A stretch of DNA of 42,420 nucleotides from the IMG/VR virus record IMGVR_UViG_3300033513_000023, positions 1 to 42,420 of that record. One strand, written 5' to 3'. This DNA is from a virus. Its lineage: Duplodnaviria > Caudoviricetes. How positions within the stretch are numbered: the stretch's first letter is position 1; each line of letters opens with the position of its first letter. Under the pieces are notes generated by a model, which did not search any database, was not told where the DNA came from, and worked only from the letters and a program-made list of their open reading frames with translations. Below are positions 24,028-34,015 of the stretch, one piece after another. The translations under genes and the position numbers were made by a program.

Positions 24028-24978
24028 ATGGCAACTTCTGGGTCGTTCGATTATTCAGTAACAGCAAGCACCATTATCCAAGAGACATTGGAGCAGATTG
24101 GTGTTCTTGCTGACGGGGAAACTGTAAACGCGAACGATCAGTCTATTTGTCTGCGAAGTCTTAACATGATGGTCAAGCAATGGTCTGGAAACTTCGACTT
24201 TGCGCCTGGACTCAAAGCATTCTCTAGAAAAGTAGGATATGTATTCCTGCAAAAGAATCAGGGTTCGTATTCTTTAGGGCCGACTGGAGACAATGCCAGT
24301 TTGACGTATGTTTCAACCACAATGCGTATTGCCGCTATCAGCACAGCAACAACTCTGGAAGTTACATCAACTACAGGAATGACTGCTGCGGATAAGATAG
24401 GAATCGAGCTAGATTCAGGCTCTATCTACTGGACAACTATATCGAGTGTAACTGATGGGGACACTCTTGTTATTCCTGCTCCAGGTCTTTCTGGAGCTTC
24501 TGCTATCGGTAAAAGGATTTTTACCTACACCACTAAGCTTATTCGCCCTTTGTATATCGAGCAAGCATCTGTTAGAGACGTAAACGGCAACGATACAGAA
24601 CTTGGAACGATGACTCCAGCTTATTACGAGCGGATTGGATTGAAGAGTACTGACGGATTCCCTTCTCGTTACCGTTATGATGACACGCTTACTAATGGAA
24701 CGTTTTATATTGACGTAGAGCCTAGCGATGTAACAAACGTAATCAGATTGGCTTTTATGGCTCCGGCAGAAGATTATGACGCCGTTGGGAATGATATCGC
24801 TTTCCCCCAACAGTGGTATCTTGCTCTTGCATTGGGACTTGGAAAGATTGTAGCGCATAAATTTAACAGTGCGTTATGGACTCCTCTGCATGAAAGTAAT
24901 CTAGTCTCTGCTCTATCAATCGCACGAACTGCTTACGCAGAAACAACGGAAGAGTATTTCCAGCCGGGGGCAGAATGA
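24028..24978 (+). CDS. Head-to-tail adaptor with an inserted beta domain
   Basis: MATSG..II.E.L..IGVL...LRSLNMMVKQW; FPQQWYLALALGL; Thr-rich central insert. Confidence 0.7.
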   Translation: MATSGSFDYSVTASTIIQETLEQIGVLADGETVNANDQSICLRSLNMMVKQWSGNFDFAPGLKAFSRKVGYVFLQKNQGSYSLGPTGDNASLTYVSTTMRIAAISTATTLEVTSTTGMTAADKIGIELDSGSIYWTTISSVTDGDTLVIPAPGLSGASAIGKRIFTYTTKLIRPLYIEQASVRDVNGNDTELGTMTPAYYERIGLKSTDGFPSRYRYDDTLTNGTFYIDVEPSDVTNVIRLAFMAPAEDYDAVGNDIAFPQQWYLALALGLGKIVAHKFNSALWTPLHESNLVSALSIARTAYAETTEEYFQPGAE

Positions 24979-27920
24979 AAGTAGAATTTCTAGGCGGTGC
25001 TGATACACAACGTTCGCTAAACCATAGCGACAATCGCTGTATTAACCTAATCCCTTCTCTGAATGACAAGGGAGATATTGGTGCTTTTTACAATGCGCCA
25101 GGATTATCCCTAGAAGCAACTAACCCGTCCGCACAAGTTGGTAGTGGAATCTACACAGCTTCTAATGGTAGATGTTTTGAAGTGGCTGGGACTACGCTTT
25201 ACGAGATCACCTCAGTTGCCGGAGTTATCACTACTACCAGCCGAGGAACCGTTACATCGTCGTCTATTTCACGTATGACTGACAACGGAATAGACTTGAT
25301 TATAGTCAATGGTGTTGATGGGTGGTTGTTTACATTCTCAGATAACACTCTGAGACAGATCATTGTGGCGCAAGAAGATTTTACGGTTACGATTGCAGAC
25401 CCTGCTGTATTCACTAAAACAGCGCATGGACTTCCTGCTGGAACTGGAATTAGACTTACCTCGACTACAGATTCTATTCTTTCAAATAGTTTAATCGAAG
25501 CGTTAGATACTCCTACTGTAGCGACTTCTACGTGGCCTTGGGCGATAGCTGTAGCACCAGCTAATGATTTTGTTTACGTACTTGCCGAAAACACAAAAGG
25601 CATTGATATGTACACAAGAGACACTTCTACAGGGTCTTTATCCCCACTAAGCCCACAAACCGCTGATTTACTGAACTCAGGGTTTGGTAACTATGGGAAC
25701 AACTTTGCCATTTCGTCTGATGGGATAAGCGGATACGTTGCAGGAAATAGCGTTATCCACATGCTGGCAATAAACACTACAACCGGAGTGGTAACTAATC
25801 AATCTCCAGCTACGATAGCAACGTCATCTGTTCCTAGCTGCATAGCTTTATCTACGGATGACAAGTTTGCTTATGTCACTATCCCAGCTAGTAACACTAT
25901 CGCACAATTCAGCAGGAATTTAGGAACAGGTGAGTTAACTGCGCTTACCCCTGCCACGATTGCTTGTGCTACAAACCCTCAATTTGTAGTTGTGTCGGAT
26001 GACAATCTATTCGTCTATGCAGTTTGCTACACATCCAACACAGTCAATATGTATAGCAGGAACACGACTACCGGACTCCTTACGGCCTTAACGCCGGCGA
26101 CTATTTCATGCGGCGGGCTTAATCCGCAATGTGTATCTGTATCGCCTGATAATCTTCACTTGTATGTCACAAACAGGGGAAGCAATAACATTTCAATGTT
26201 CGTCAGGAATGTAACTACCGGCCTTCTGACAGCGTTATCTCCGGCGACGATCTCTATCGGAACCAGCCCGAATGTAATGTCTATAACGGCAGAATCTATT
26301 TATGTGACGAATAGTGCAGATGCGACAGTTTCACAATTCAGCAGAAACGCAACTACTGGACTTTTGACAGCTTTGACACCGGCGACTATTGCGACAGAAA
26401 CCTATCCTTATGGGGTTGTAACTGCGCCAGATGGTAACTCGGTCTATGTTTGTAATCGAGGTTCTAATACTATCTCGATGTATTCTAGGAATGGTACAGC
26501 TACGGACGTAGGACTCCCTACCGGACTGGCCGAGCTTACCACTTATTACATTTCAACAAATGGATTGACAGCGGATGCTTTTGAAGTCTCAGAGACTAAA
26601 GGAGACTACAACCATTTCGTCAATCCAAATTCCCCAGCTACTCAAACTAGCCCAACACTGATTGTTGGAAAATACACTTTAAGCATTACAGGTACAGGTT
26701 CTATTGCTGTTGCAGGAACGACAGCAACAATTACCGGAACAGGAAGTGCTGTAGCCGGAACTCCTATCAATTTTGAGGTAACAAAAGAAGGCACTGTGAC
26801 TTACACAGTAACAGGGACACCTACAACAGCAAACGCTGGAGTAACATTAGCAGCAACTTCAGGTCAGCAATCAGGAATTCACACTTACACAACTTTAGGG
26901 TACGGATTCCCTAATGGGTGTAAAACAATCTCCTATATGAATGGTAGATTTGCTGCACTTGAGCCAAATACTCAGAACTTTTATCCGTCAGAAGTTCTTA
27001 ACGGCGAATGGTGGGATGATTTGAACGTCCAGACTGTAGACGCTAATCCAGATCAGAATGTTGGGGCCACTACTGCGCACCAGGAATATATTGTATTCGG
27101 TAAAAACTCAGGACAAGTTTATTACGATTCTGGCGCTTATCCGACACCGTGGATTCCTAATCCTAGCGGCGTGTTTGAAGTCGGATGTTCTGCTGAATAC
27201 TCCATAGCCTCTATTGATAACACAGTATTTTGGCTTGGTGGGAATCAAACCGGAGACGGTATGGTTTGGAAGATGCAGGGGTTTACTCCGATAAGAGTTT
27301 CTACCCATTCTATCGAATTTTCCATTCAATCAATGTCTGATATTTCAGATGCTCGATCATTTACATATCAGCAGGACGGACACAATTTCTATGTGTTGAC
27401 TTTCCCAACAGGGGATAAAACATTTGTATATGACATTAATACTGGCTTATGGCATGAAAGAGCTAACTTTTCTGGCGGGTCATTCTCACGTTGGGCGGCA
27501 CAGGAACATGCTTACTTCGCTGGGAAACACCTAGTTTTAGACCACACGGAAGGCAAGATTTATAGCCTATCGAATAGCGTCTATACATATGGAACTGAGG
27601 ATAGGAAGTGGCTACGTTCTTTCCGTGCTCCTACGGCAAATATGAACCGTGAGCGCCATACAAGGATGCAACTTGATTGCGAGGCTGGGGTAGGATTAGT
27701 TGGAGGAGCAGAACCTACCGTAATTCTCAAATGGTCTGATGATGGTGGTCATACTTGGTCTAACGAAATCTGGCGATCTATGGGAATTGGCTCAATCGGA
27801 GAGTATAACAAACGAGTAGTTTGGCATCGTTTGGGTATGACTACCGGACAGCCTAGGATTTATGAATTATCTGGTACTGCGGCTGTAAAAACAGTGTTAT
27901 TAAACGTATATTTAGATTAG
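24975..27920 (+). CDS. P22 gp10-like tail hub/packaged DNA stabilisation protein with an inserted beta-propeller
   Basis: MTDNGIDLIIVNG; YQQDGHNFYVLTFP..KTFVYD..TGLWHER; LKWSDDGGHTWSNE; VWHRLG. Confidence 0.85.
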   Translation: MKVEFLGGADTQRSLNHSDNRCINLIPSLNDKGDIGAFYNAPGLSLEATNPSAQVGSGIYTASNGRCFEVAGTTLYEITSVAGVITTTSRGTVTSSSISRMTDNGIDLIIVNGVDGWLFTFSDNTLRQIIVAQEDFTVTIADPAVFTKTAHGLPAGTGIRLTSTTDSILSNSLIEALDTPTVATSTWPWAIAVAPANDFVYVLAENTKGIDMYTRDTSTGSLSPLSPQTADLLNSGFGNYGNNFAISSDGISGYVAGNSVIHMLAINTTTGVVTNQSPATIATSSVPSCIALSTDDKFAYVTIPASNTIAQFSRNLGTGELTALTPATIACATNPQFVVVSDDNLFVYAVCYTSNTVNMYSRNTTTGLLTALTPATISCGGLNPQCVSVSPDNLHLYVTNRGSNNISMFVRNVTTGLLTALSPATISIGTSPNVMSITAESIYVTNSADATVSQFSRNATTGLLTALTPATIATETYPYGVVTAPDGNSVYVCNRGSNTISMYSRNGTATDVGLPTGLAELTTYYISTNGLTADAFEVSETKGDYNHFVNPNSPATQTSPTLIVGKYTLSITGTGSIAVAGTTATITGTGSAVAGTPINFEVTKEGTVTYTVTGTPTTANAGVTLAATSGQQSGIHTYTTLGYGFPNGCKTISYMNGRFAALEPNTQNFYPSEVLNGEWWDDLNVQTVDANPDQNVGATTAHQEYIVFGKNSGQVYYDSGAYPTPWIPNPSGVFEVGCSAEYSIASIDNTVFWLGGNQTGDGMVWKMQGFTPIRVSTHSIEFSIQSMSDISDARSFTYQQDGHNFYVLTFPTGDKTFVYDINTGLWHERANFSGGSFSRWAAQEHAYFAGKHLVLDHTEGKIYSLSNSVYTYGTEDRKWLRSFRAPTANMNRERHTRMQLDCEAGVGLVGGAEPTVILKWSDDGGHTWSNEIWRSMGIGSIGEYNKRVVWHRLGMTTGQPRIYELSGTAAVKTVLLNVYLD

Positions 27921-27952
27921 AATAGGCGCAGTTAATAATTATTCCTCAGATT

Positions 27953-28807
27953 ATGAAAAATGAGTTAATCACTTGCGAAAGTATCGAAGATATAGAGCAG
28001 AGAATGCTTACTCTTCCGCAGGCTGATTGCCCTGTATCTCATAAATTCGGTGATGGTATCTATATCCGTGAGCTTTCCATGAAAGCCGGAACATTAGCTA
28101 TAGGCCATGAACAACGTTTTCAGCACTTCAATGTTTTCCTTAAGGGGAAGGTGCTGATGAGGAATGATGATGGCTCTACAACGATTCTGGAAGCCCCCAT
28201 GACGTTCTTTGCGAATGGCGGGCGAAAGGTTGGTTATGTTTTAGAGGATATGGTCTGGCAGAACATCTACCCTAATCCTGAAAACATTACCGATGTTGAA
28301 AGTCTGGAATCTAAATGGCTGATTAAAAGCGATTCATGGAAACAACACCATTCCTTTATTGGCGACTTGAAGAAGCTGGAACACGAAGTAGACCGACAGG
28401 ACTTCAAAGACGCATTGATTGAAATCGGGGTGAGTGAAGAACTTGTTACGGCTCAATCGGAAAACGAAACCGACCAGATTAACTACACGAACAGCCACAC
28501 AAGAACCGCCCCATCAAACATTCATGGAATTGGATATTTTGCGACTAAAGCAATTCCTGCAAATGTGATTATTTCACCAGCTAGGCTTGGAGGTCTTAGG
28601 ACTCCAGCTGGACGATATACAAACCATTCTTCTACTCCGAACGCACGGATGGAAGGCGATGAAAATGGGGACATTTGGCTTATATCTACTCGATATATTG
28701 AAGGATGCAAAGGCGGACAAAATGGTGAAGAAATCACCATAGATTATCGTCAAGCAATTAAAGAAACATTAAGGATTGGAGGTGAGCCATGTCAGCAGTT
28801 GCCGTAG
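27953..28807 (+). CDS. Cupin-like domain fused to a SET-domain methyltransferase
   Basis: HKFGDGIYIREL..KAGT..IGH; SNIHGIGYFAT, RYTNHSSTPN, GEEITIDY. Confidence 0.85.
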   Translation: MKNELITCESIEDIEQRMLTLPQADCPVSHKFGDGIYIRELSMKAGTLAIGHEQRFQHFNVFLKGKVLMRNDDGSTTILEAPMTFFANGGRKVGYVLEDMVWQNIYPNPENITDVESLESKWLIKSDSWKQHHSFIGDLKKLEHEVDRQDFKDALIEIGVSEELVTAQSENETDQINYTNSHTRTAPSNIHGIGYFATKAIPANVIISPARLGGLRTPAGRYTNHSSTPNARMEGDENGDIWLISTRYIEGCKGGQNGEEITIDYRQAIKETLRIGGEPCQQLP

Positions 28808-29424
28808 CAGGTTTAGCAGTAGGTGCATATGGAGCAAGTCAACAATCTGAAGCGGCTCGCAGGGCCGCAGAGGGGCAACAAGGTGCTGCCAATCTTTCAC
28901 TTGCAGAACTTCGCCGCCAATACGACATAAGTCAAAGCAACCTAGCGCCTTGGTTGCGAGCTGGAACTAGGGCATTGGCAGAACAAGAAGCACTAATGGG
29001 ACTTGGTGGTGATACTGCTGGGTCTCTAGCAGCGTTGCGAAGCTCACCAGGTTATCAAGCCAGACTTCAGCAAGGGGAAAGGTCTTTGGCTGGTAGTTCT
29101 GCTGCTCGTGGAGGTATGGGAAGTGGTAAGGCAATGACCGCCGCCGCTGGTTGGGGACAAGATTATGCTTCTAATGAATATGCCAATCGTCTAAACCAAC
29201 TTGCTGGGCTTTCAGGAACTGGACAATCTACGGCAGGTTCTTTAGCAGGATTGGGACAGAATTATGCTCAAGGAATGGGTAATATCTGGCAGAACGCAGC
29301 AAACGTACAAGGCGCTGCAGGTATTCAAGGGGCTAATGCGTGGCAGTCTGGAATCCTTGGAGGGTTAGGTGCTGGAATGAATATGTACGATTACTTTAAC
29401 CGTCCTCGCAATGTAATAGGTTAA
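28789..29424 (+). CDS. Ejection/DNA transfer protein (P22 gp7-like)
   Basis: Gly/Ala/Gln-rich; SPGYQARLQQG, AARGG.GSG, GQDYASNEY. Confidence 0.8.
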   Translation: MSAVAVAGLAVGAYGASQQSEAARRAAEGQQGAANLSLAELRRQYDISQSNLAPWLRAGTRALAEQEALMGLGGDTAGSLAALRSSPGYQARLQQGERSLAGSSAARGGMGSGKAMTAAAGWGQDYASNEYANRLNQLAGLSGTGQSTAGSLAGLGQNYAQGMGNIWQNAANVQGAAGIQGANAWQSGILGGLGAGMNMYDYFNRPRNVIG

Positions 29425-29434
29425 CGGAGGATAT

Positions 29435-30514
29435 ATGGCGCTCGACCCTTCAATTTATGAAAACGTAGGCCGTGTAAATCTAGGCGCTGGACTGTCTAGT
29501 TTGATTGACGCACAACGTGCCAGAGAATCCTATGCGACAGAAAACCAACTTAGGCTTGCTACGCTGACTCAACAGGGTCAACTCGCACAACAGCAAGCAC
29601 AAGAAGCAAAGAGAACAGCACGAGTTAAGAGAGGACAGGAATTAAACATTTGGCTGTCGAATGCTGTTCAATCTGGCCGGCCTATGGAAGAGGTAATGAA
29701 AGAGGCTTTAGCCTATGGTTCAGAAATAGAAGCAAATCCAGAGGATACGCAACGTCATGTAATGTCTGTTTATCAGAACGCTCAGACTCCAGAAACACGT
29801 TCGCAATTTGCATTTACACAAGCCTATCCTGATTTGGTAGCTAAACAACGTGCGGAGGCAATGTTTCCGAAAGCAACTACACAAGCCGCACCTAGTACAT
29901 TGGGTAAATTAGTACAGGAACGCGAAGCATTGCCTGCGAACTCTCCATTGCGCGCATTCTATGATGCTGCTATTAAGAAAGAGACTGAAAGGCAAGATAA
30001 TACTCTTGTTGCTGTTGTTGGACCAGCAGGAACTCCAATATTGACAACCAGACAACAAGCAGTAGGAATGACGCCTGCTCCTAAAGCTGGGGCAGGAAAA
30101 GGTGTTGCGACACCAGAACAAATTGAGCAGAATTCATTATCTGCACAACAAGCACTAGACCAAGCAAATAAACTGCTTCAGCATCCTGGCAGATTAGCGG
30201 CTACTGGTGCTTCTAGTTTCTTGAGTAAAATACCAGGAACTGAGGCAAAAGGTTTTGCGGCTAATTTGGATACATTCAAAGCTCAAACATTCTTGCCGAT
30301 GGTATCTGCACTTAAAGGAATGGGTGCATTGTCTGATGCTGAAGGCAAAAAGATTGCTGATTCTGTTGGGGCGTTAGACCCTAGTATGCCAGAAGCAGAA
30401 TTTGAACAGTCTTTGAGGGACACTATGGACTTTCTTTTTAAGAAAGCGAAAGCCGCTGGATTGAACGTTAATAATCCTGCTAATCCTCAAGATACTGGAT
30501 GGAGTGACCTATGA
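29435..30514 (+). CDS. Ejection protein (gp20-like)
   Basis: IPGTEAKGFAANLDTFKAQTFL..V.ALKGMGALSDAEG. Confidence 0.75.
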   Translation: MALDPSIYENVGRVNLGAGLSSLIDAQRARESYATENQLRLATLTQQGQLAQQQAQEAKRTARVKRGQELNIWLSNAVQSGRPMEEVMKEALAYGSEIEANPEDTQRHVMSVYQNAQTPETRSQFAFTQAYPDLVAKQRAEAMFPKATTQAAPSTLGKLVQEREALPANSPLRAFYDAAIKKETERQDNTLVAVVGPAGTPILTTRQQAVGMTPAPKAGAGKGVATPEQIEQNSLSAQQALDQANKLLQHPGRLAATGASSFLSKIPGTEAKGFAANLDTFKAQTFLPMVSALKGMGALSDAEGKKIADSVGALDPSMPEAEFEQSLRDTMDFLFKKAKAAGLNVNNPANPQDTGWSDL

Positions 30515-32145
30515 CATGGGAACCTGCTGAAAGAGTTCAAAAGAACACCGCTGGAGAATTCCGTGCACTTATCAATGGAGAGTGGGTTCCTGTTGCAAAA
30601 GTTCAAAAGAGTGCATCTGGACAATATCGTGTTGATCGTGGCGAAGTACAAGCTAAAACAGAAACACAACAACCAGAACAGCAGAGCGCACTAGAGCAAC
30701 TTGGAGGTGCTGCTGTTGCTACCGGAGCAGGATTGTTAAAAGGTGCTGCGGATATTGGGGCAACAATTCTTTCGCCATTTGACTATCTTGGTTTAAGTGG
30801 TAGAACACCTCAAGAACGCCGCGCAAGTTTGCAAGAGTTTGCTGCTGGATTTAATCGTCCTGCATTTACTGCTGGTGAGATAACTTCTCAAATCGCCGGA
30901 AGTGCTGGAGCTGGTGGTGCATTGGCTCAAGGTGTACGAAGAATTGCTCCATTTGCTACAGAGGCAGCTACAGCGTTAGAATCTGGTGGTATGGCTAGAG
31001 GACTTCCTATCGCACAGAGACTTGCTGGAGGCGCTATATCAGGTGGCGCACAGGCTGGATTAGTTAATCCGCAGGATTCAGTTACAGGAGCGCAAATCGG
31101 TGCTGCATTGCCTGCTGGCGCGCAACTTATAGCTAAAGGAATTCCTGCCGCATTGACCGGAGTTACTGGCATGACTACCGGAGTAGGTGACGAACCTATC
31201 AAGCAAGCATTCCAAGCTGGGAAACGCGGAGGCAAAACTGCTGAAGCATTCAAAGCAAACATTCGCGGAGAGGCGAATATGCTCGATGTACTGGATACTG
31301 CCAAACAAGACTTGGCGGCTATGAACGCTGCTAAATCTGCTGAGTATCGTGCAAACATGCAAGCGATTAAATCAGATAAAACAGTTTTGGACTTTGCTGG
31401 CGTAGACCAATCAATCGTTGATGCTTTCAATACTGTCACGTTCAAAGGACAGGTTAAGAATCAAAAAGGAGCAGAAGTTCTAACAAAGATTTCTGATGCT
31501 ATCGGCGATTGGAAAAATCTACCACCTTCTGAATATCATACCCCTGAAGGATTGGACGCACTTAAACAATCAATCGGCGGGATTGTTGATTCTATCCCGA
31601 TGGAAGAGAAAACCGCCCGCAAAGTCGGAACGCAAATCTACAATGCTATTAAGGCTGAGATTTCAAAACAAGCTCCGGCGTATTCTAAAACGATGAAGTC
31701 ATATTCTGATGCGACCGAGACTATCAGGGATATTGAGAAGTCGTTATCACTTGGTCAAAAAGCATCCGCAGATACTTCTATGCGTAAACTGCAATCTCTG
31801 ATGCGGAATAACGTATCTACCAACTACGGCCAGCGGCAACAATTAGCGAAAGAACTTGAACAAGTCGGAGGCGGTGAGATTATGCCAGCTTTGGCAGGTC
31901 AGGCATTGAGCGAACTAACCCCTCGTGGTTTAGCTCGTGTTGGTGGAGGTTTGGCTGCTGGAGGCGCTGTTCTTAACCCAATGAGTTTGGCGGCGCTTCC
32001 TGCTGCTAGTCCTAGACTTGTTGGTGAGGCTGCATATGGTTTAGGTGTTGGAGCAAGAGGTGTTGGAACTTTAGCTGATTTAATACCTCAAGGTGCAGAT
32101 AGTTTGACTCGCGCCGCAATCATTAACGCACTGGCAAACAGATAA
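30511..32145 (+). CDS. Ejection protein (gp16-like)
   Basis: Ala/Gly-rich, 544 aa; SPRLVGEAAYG; third gene of the injection triad. Confidence 0.7.
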   Translation: MTWEPAERVQKNTAGEFRALINGEWVPVAKVQKSASGQYRVDRGEVQAKTETQQPEQQSALEQLGGAAVATGAGLLKGAADIGATILSPFDYLGLSGRTPQERRASLQEFAAGFNRPAFTAGEITSQIAGSAGAGGALAQGVRRIAPFATEAATALESGGMARGLPIAQRLAGGAISGGAQAGLVNPQDSVTGAQIGAALPAGAQLIAKGIPAALTGVTGMTTGVGDEPIKQAFQAGKRGGKTAEAFKANIRGEANMLDVLDTAKQDLAAMNAAKSAEYRANMQAIKSDKTVLDFAGVDQSIVDAFNTVTFKGQVKNQKGAEVLTKISDAIGDWKNLPPSEYHTPEGLDALKQSIGGIVDSIPMEEKTARKVGTQIYNAIKAEISKQAPAYSKTMKSYSDATETIRDIEKSLSLGQKASADTSMRKLQSLMRNNVSTNYGQRQQLAKELEQVGGGEIMPALAGQALSELTPRGLARVGGGLAAGGAVLNPMSLAALPAASPRLVGEAAYGLGVGARGVGTLADLIPQGADSLTRAAIINALANR

Positions 32146-32759
32146 TGGCTATCCTGACAAAATTTCGGCACAGATTCTATAACAACGATGGAACTCTAGC
32201 CGCTGGTGGAAAGGTTTACACCTACGAAGCCGGAACATCCACAGCTAAAGCAAGCTGGACAAGCTCTAGCGGTGCTATAGCTAATACTAACCCGATCATC
32301 CTTGATTCTAAGGGGGAGTGCGACCTTTGGACTTCTGGACTATACAAAATCAACGTAACTCAATCGGATGATGTGCAGATCACAGGCTACCCCGTAGATA
32401 ATATCGGACAAGGACAATCTAGTTATGACATAGCAGGATTCCTCTCAGGAGTGCCTGCAGCCTCTCAAATACTTCTTAGGCTACCGATGGTAAGGCAGGT
32501 AACTTTCGACGTTAACATGGCCGGTTCTAAGGGTGCTGCGAGTGTTGCTGCAACCGCATCTACTACGTTCACGATTGCAAAGAACGGAGTGAGTATCGGA
32601 ACGATGGTATTTGCATTGGGCGCGACTACTTCGACTTTCGTAGCGGCTGCTGCATCTACTTTTGCTATTGGAGATGTGTTGAGTGTAACAGGCCCAGCAG
32701 GTGCTGATTCTACTCTAGCTAATGTCGGATTTATCCTCGCTGGAAACATCACTCCATGA
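32145..32759 (+). CDS. Tail fibre/spike attachment protein
   Basis: GTLAAGGKVYTYEAGTST...NTNPIILDSKG head-binding-like N-terminus. Confidence 0.7.
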   Translation: MAILTKFRHRFYNNDGTLAAGGKVYTYEAGTSTAKASWTSSSGAIANTNPIILDSKGECDLWTSGLYKINVTQSDDVQITGYPVDNIGQGQSSYDIAGFLSGVPAASQILLRLPMVRQVTFDVNMAGSKGAASVAATASTTFTIAKNGVSIGTMVFALGATTSTFVAAAASTFAIGDVLSVTGPAGADSTLANVGFILAGNITP

Positions 32760-34015
32760 GTACTTGCATCCTGACCGGATTCGCAAAGAAAAAACACAAG
32801 GTGGGAACTTCTTATGCTTGTAATGGTAGTGATTTGCCTATAACACAGGATTTAGGAACTAGTATTTTTCAAGGGCCTAGCGGAACGATTTTAACTGTTC
32901 CGGCGACAGAAATTACGTACACTATTATCGGTAGTACTCCATGCGGAGATACAATTCGTAGGATAAGCACTAAGACCTATTCTTTGTTAACAGGCGCAAC
33001 TTATGCAACTGGGAATACTCCGATATATACTGCAATTTCTCCAGATGGAATATCTGTTTATGTAACTAATCAGGCCAGTCTATCTATTTCTATGTATTCT
33101 CGGAATACTGCCAATGGAACATTATCAGCAAAAACAGATTATGCGACAGGAACGTCTCCAAACAAAGTAGTTATTTCTGCCGATGGTAAATCTGTGTATG
33201 TTGCCAATCAAATATCTGCAACAGTTTCAATGTATGCAAGGAATATAGTCACTGGCACATTATCAGCAAAAACTGATTATGCAACTGCTGCCAATTCTCA
33301 AGGATTAGCAATATCCGCTGATGGGAATTCTGTATATGCTACATCGGCAACTGGCGTGGTTTCAATGTATGCAAGAAATACAACAGATGGCACATTGTCG
33401 GCTAAAGTGGATTATGCGGCAGGCACTACACCATATGGTGTGGTTGTTTCTCCTAATGGGGCGAACGTTTATGTTGTTAATTCTGGCGCGAATACTGTTT
33501 CGAAATACACAAGAGATATAAATACTGGCGTTCTTTCAGGTAAAACTGATTATGCGACTGGAACCGGAAGTACCCATATATCAATATCTGTTGATGGTAA
33601 ATCTATCTATGTAACCAATCATACTGCTAACACAATTTCAATGTATGCAAGAAGTACGATAGATGGAACTTTGTCTACAAAAACTGATTATGCAACAGGA
33701 CTTGCGCCATATGATGTAACTATTTCGCAAGATGGAACTTCTGTATATGCGATAAACGTATCTGGAAATACTGTTTCTATGTTTTCGAGGAATACGGTTG
33801 ATGGAACTTTATCCACCAAAACTGATTATGCAACTAGCACTAGTGCATGGGGAATAGCATTATCCTCATTGGGGGATTTTGCATATATAACAAGTCTAGT
33901 TGATAACACGATTATGCTGTATTTAAGAAATTCAGCAAATGGCGTATTAACCAAAATGCCAACATCTGGTTATTATCTTTTCATGCATGAAGTCCTAACC
34001 TACGACCTAGTATGA
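32756..34015 (+). CDS. Lactonase-like 7-bladed beta-propeller (probable receptor-binding protein)
   Basis: ~7 repeats of IS.DG.SVYV.N......SMY.RN...GTLS.KTDYATG with a 135-138 nt period. Confidence 0.85.
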   Translation: MSTCILTGFAKKKHKVGTSYACNGSDLPITQDLGTSIFQGPSGTILTVPATEITYTIIGSTPCGDTIRRISTKTYSLLTGATYATGNTPIYTAISPDGISVYVTNQASLSISMYSRNTANGTLSAKTDYATGTSPNKVVISADGKSVYVANQISATVSMYARNIVTGTLSAKTDYATAANSQGLAISADGNSVYATSATGVVSMYARNTTDGTLSAKVDYAAGTTPYGVVVSPNGANVYVVNSGANTVSKYTRDINTGVLSGKTDYATGTGSTHISISVDGKSIYVTNHTANTISMYARSTIDGTLSTKTDYATGLAPYDVTISQDGTSVYAINVSGNTVSMFSRNTVDGTLSTKTDYATSTSAWGIALSSLGDFAYITSLVDNTIMLYLRNSANGVLTKMPTSGYYLFMHEVLTYDLV

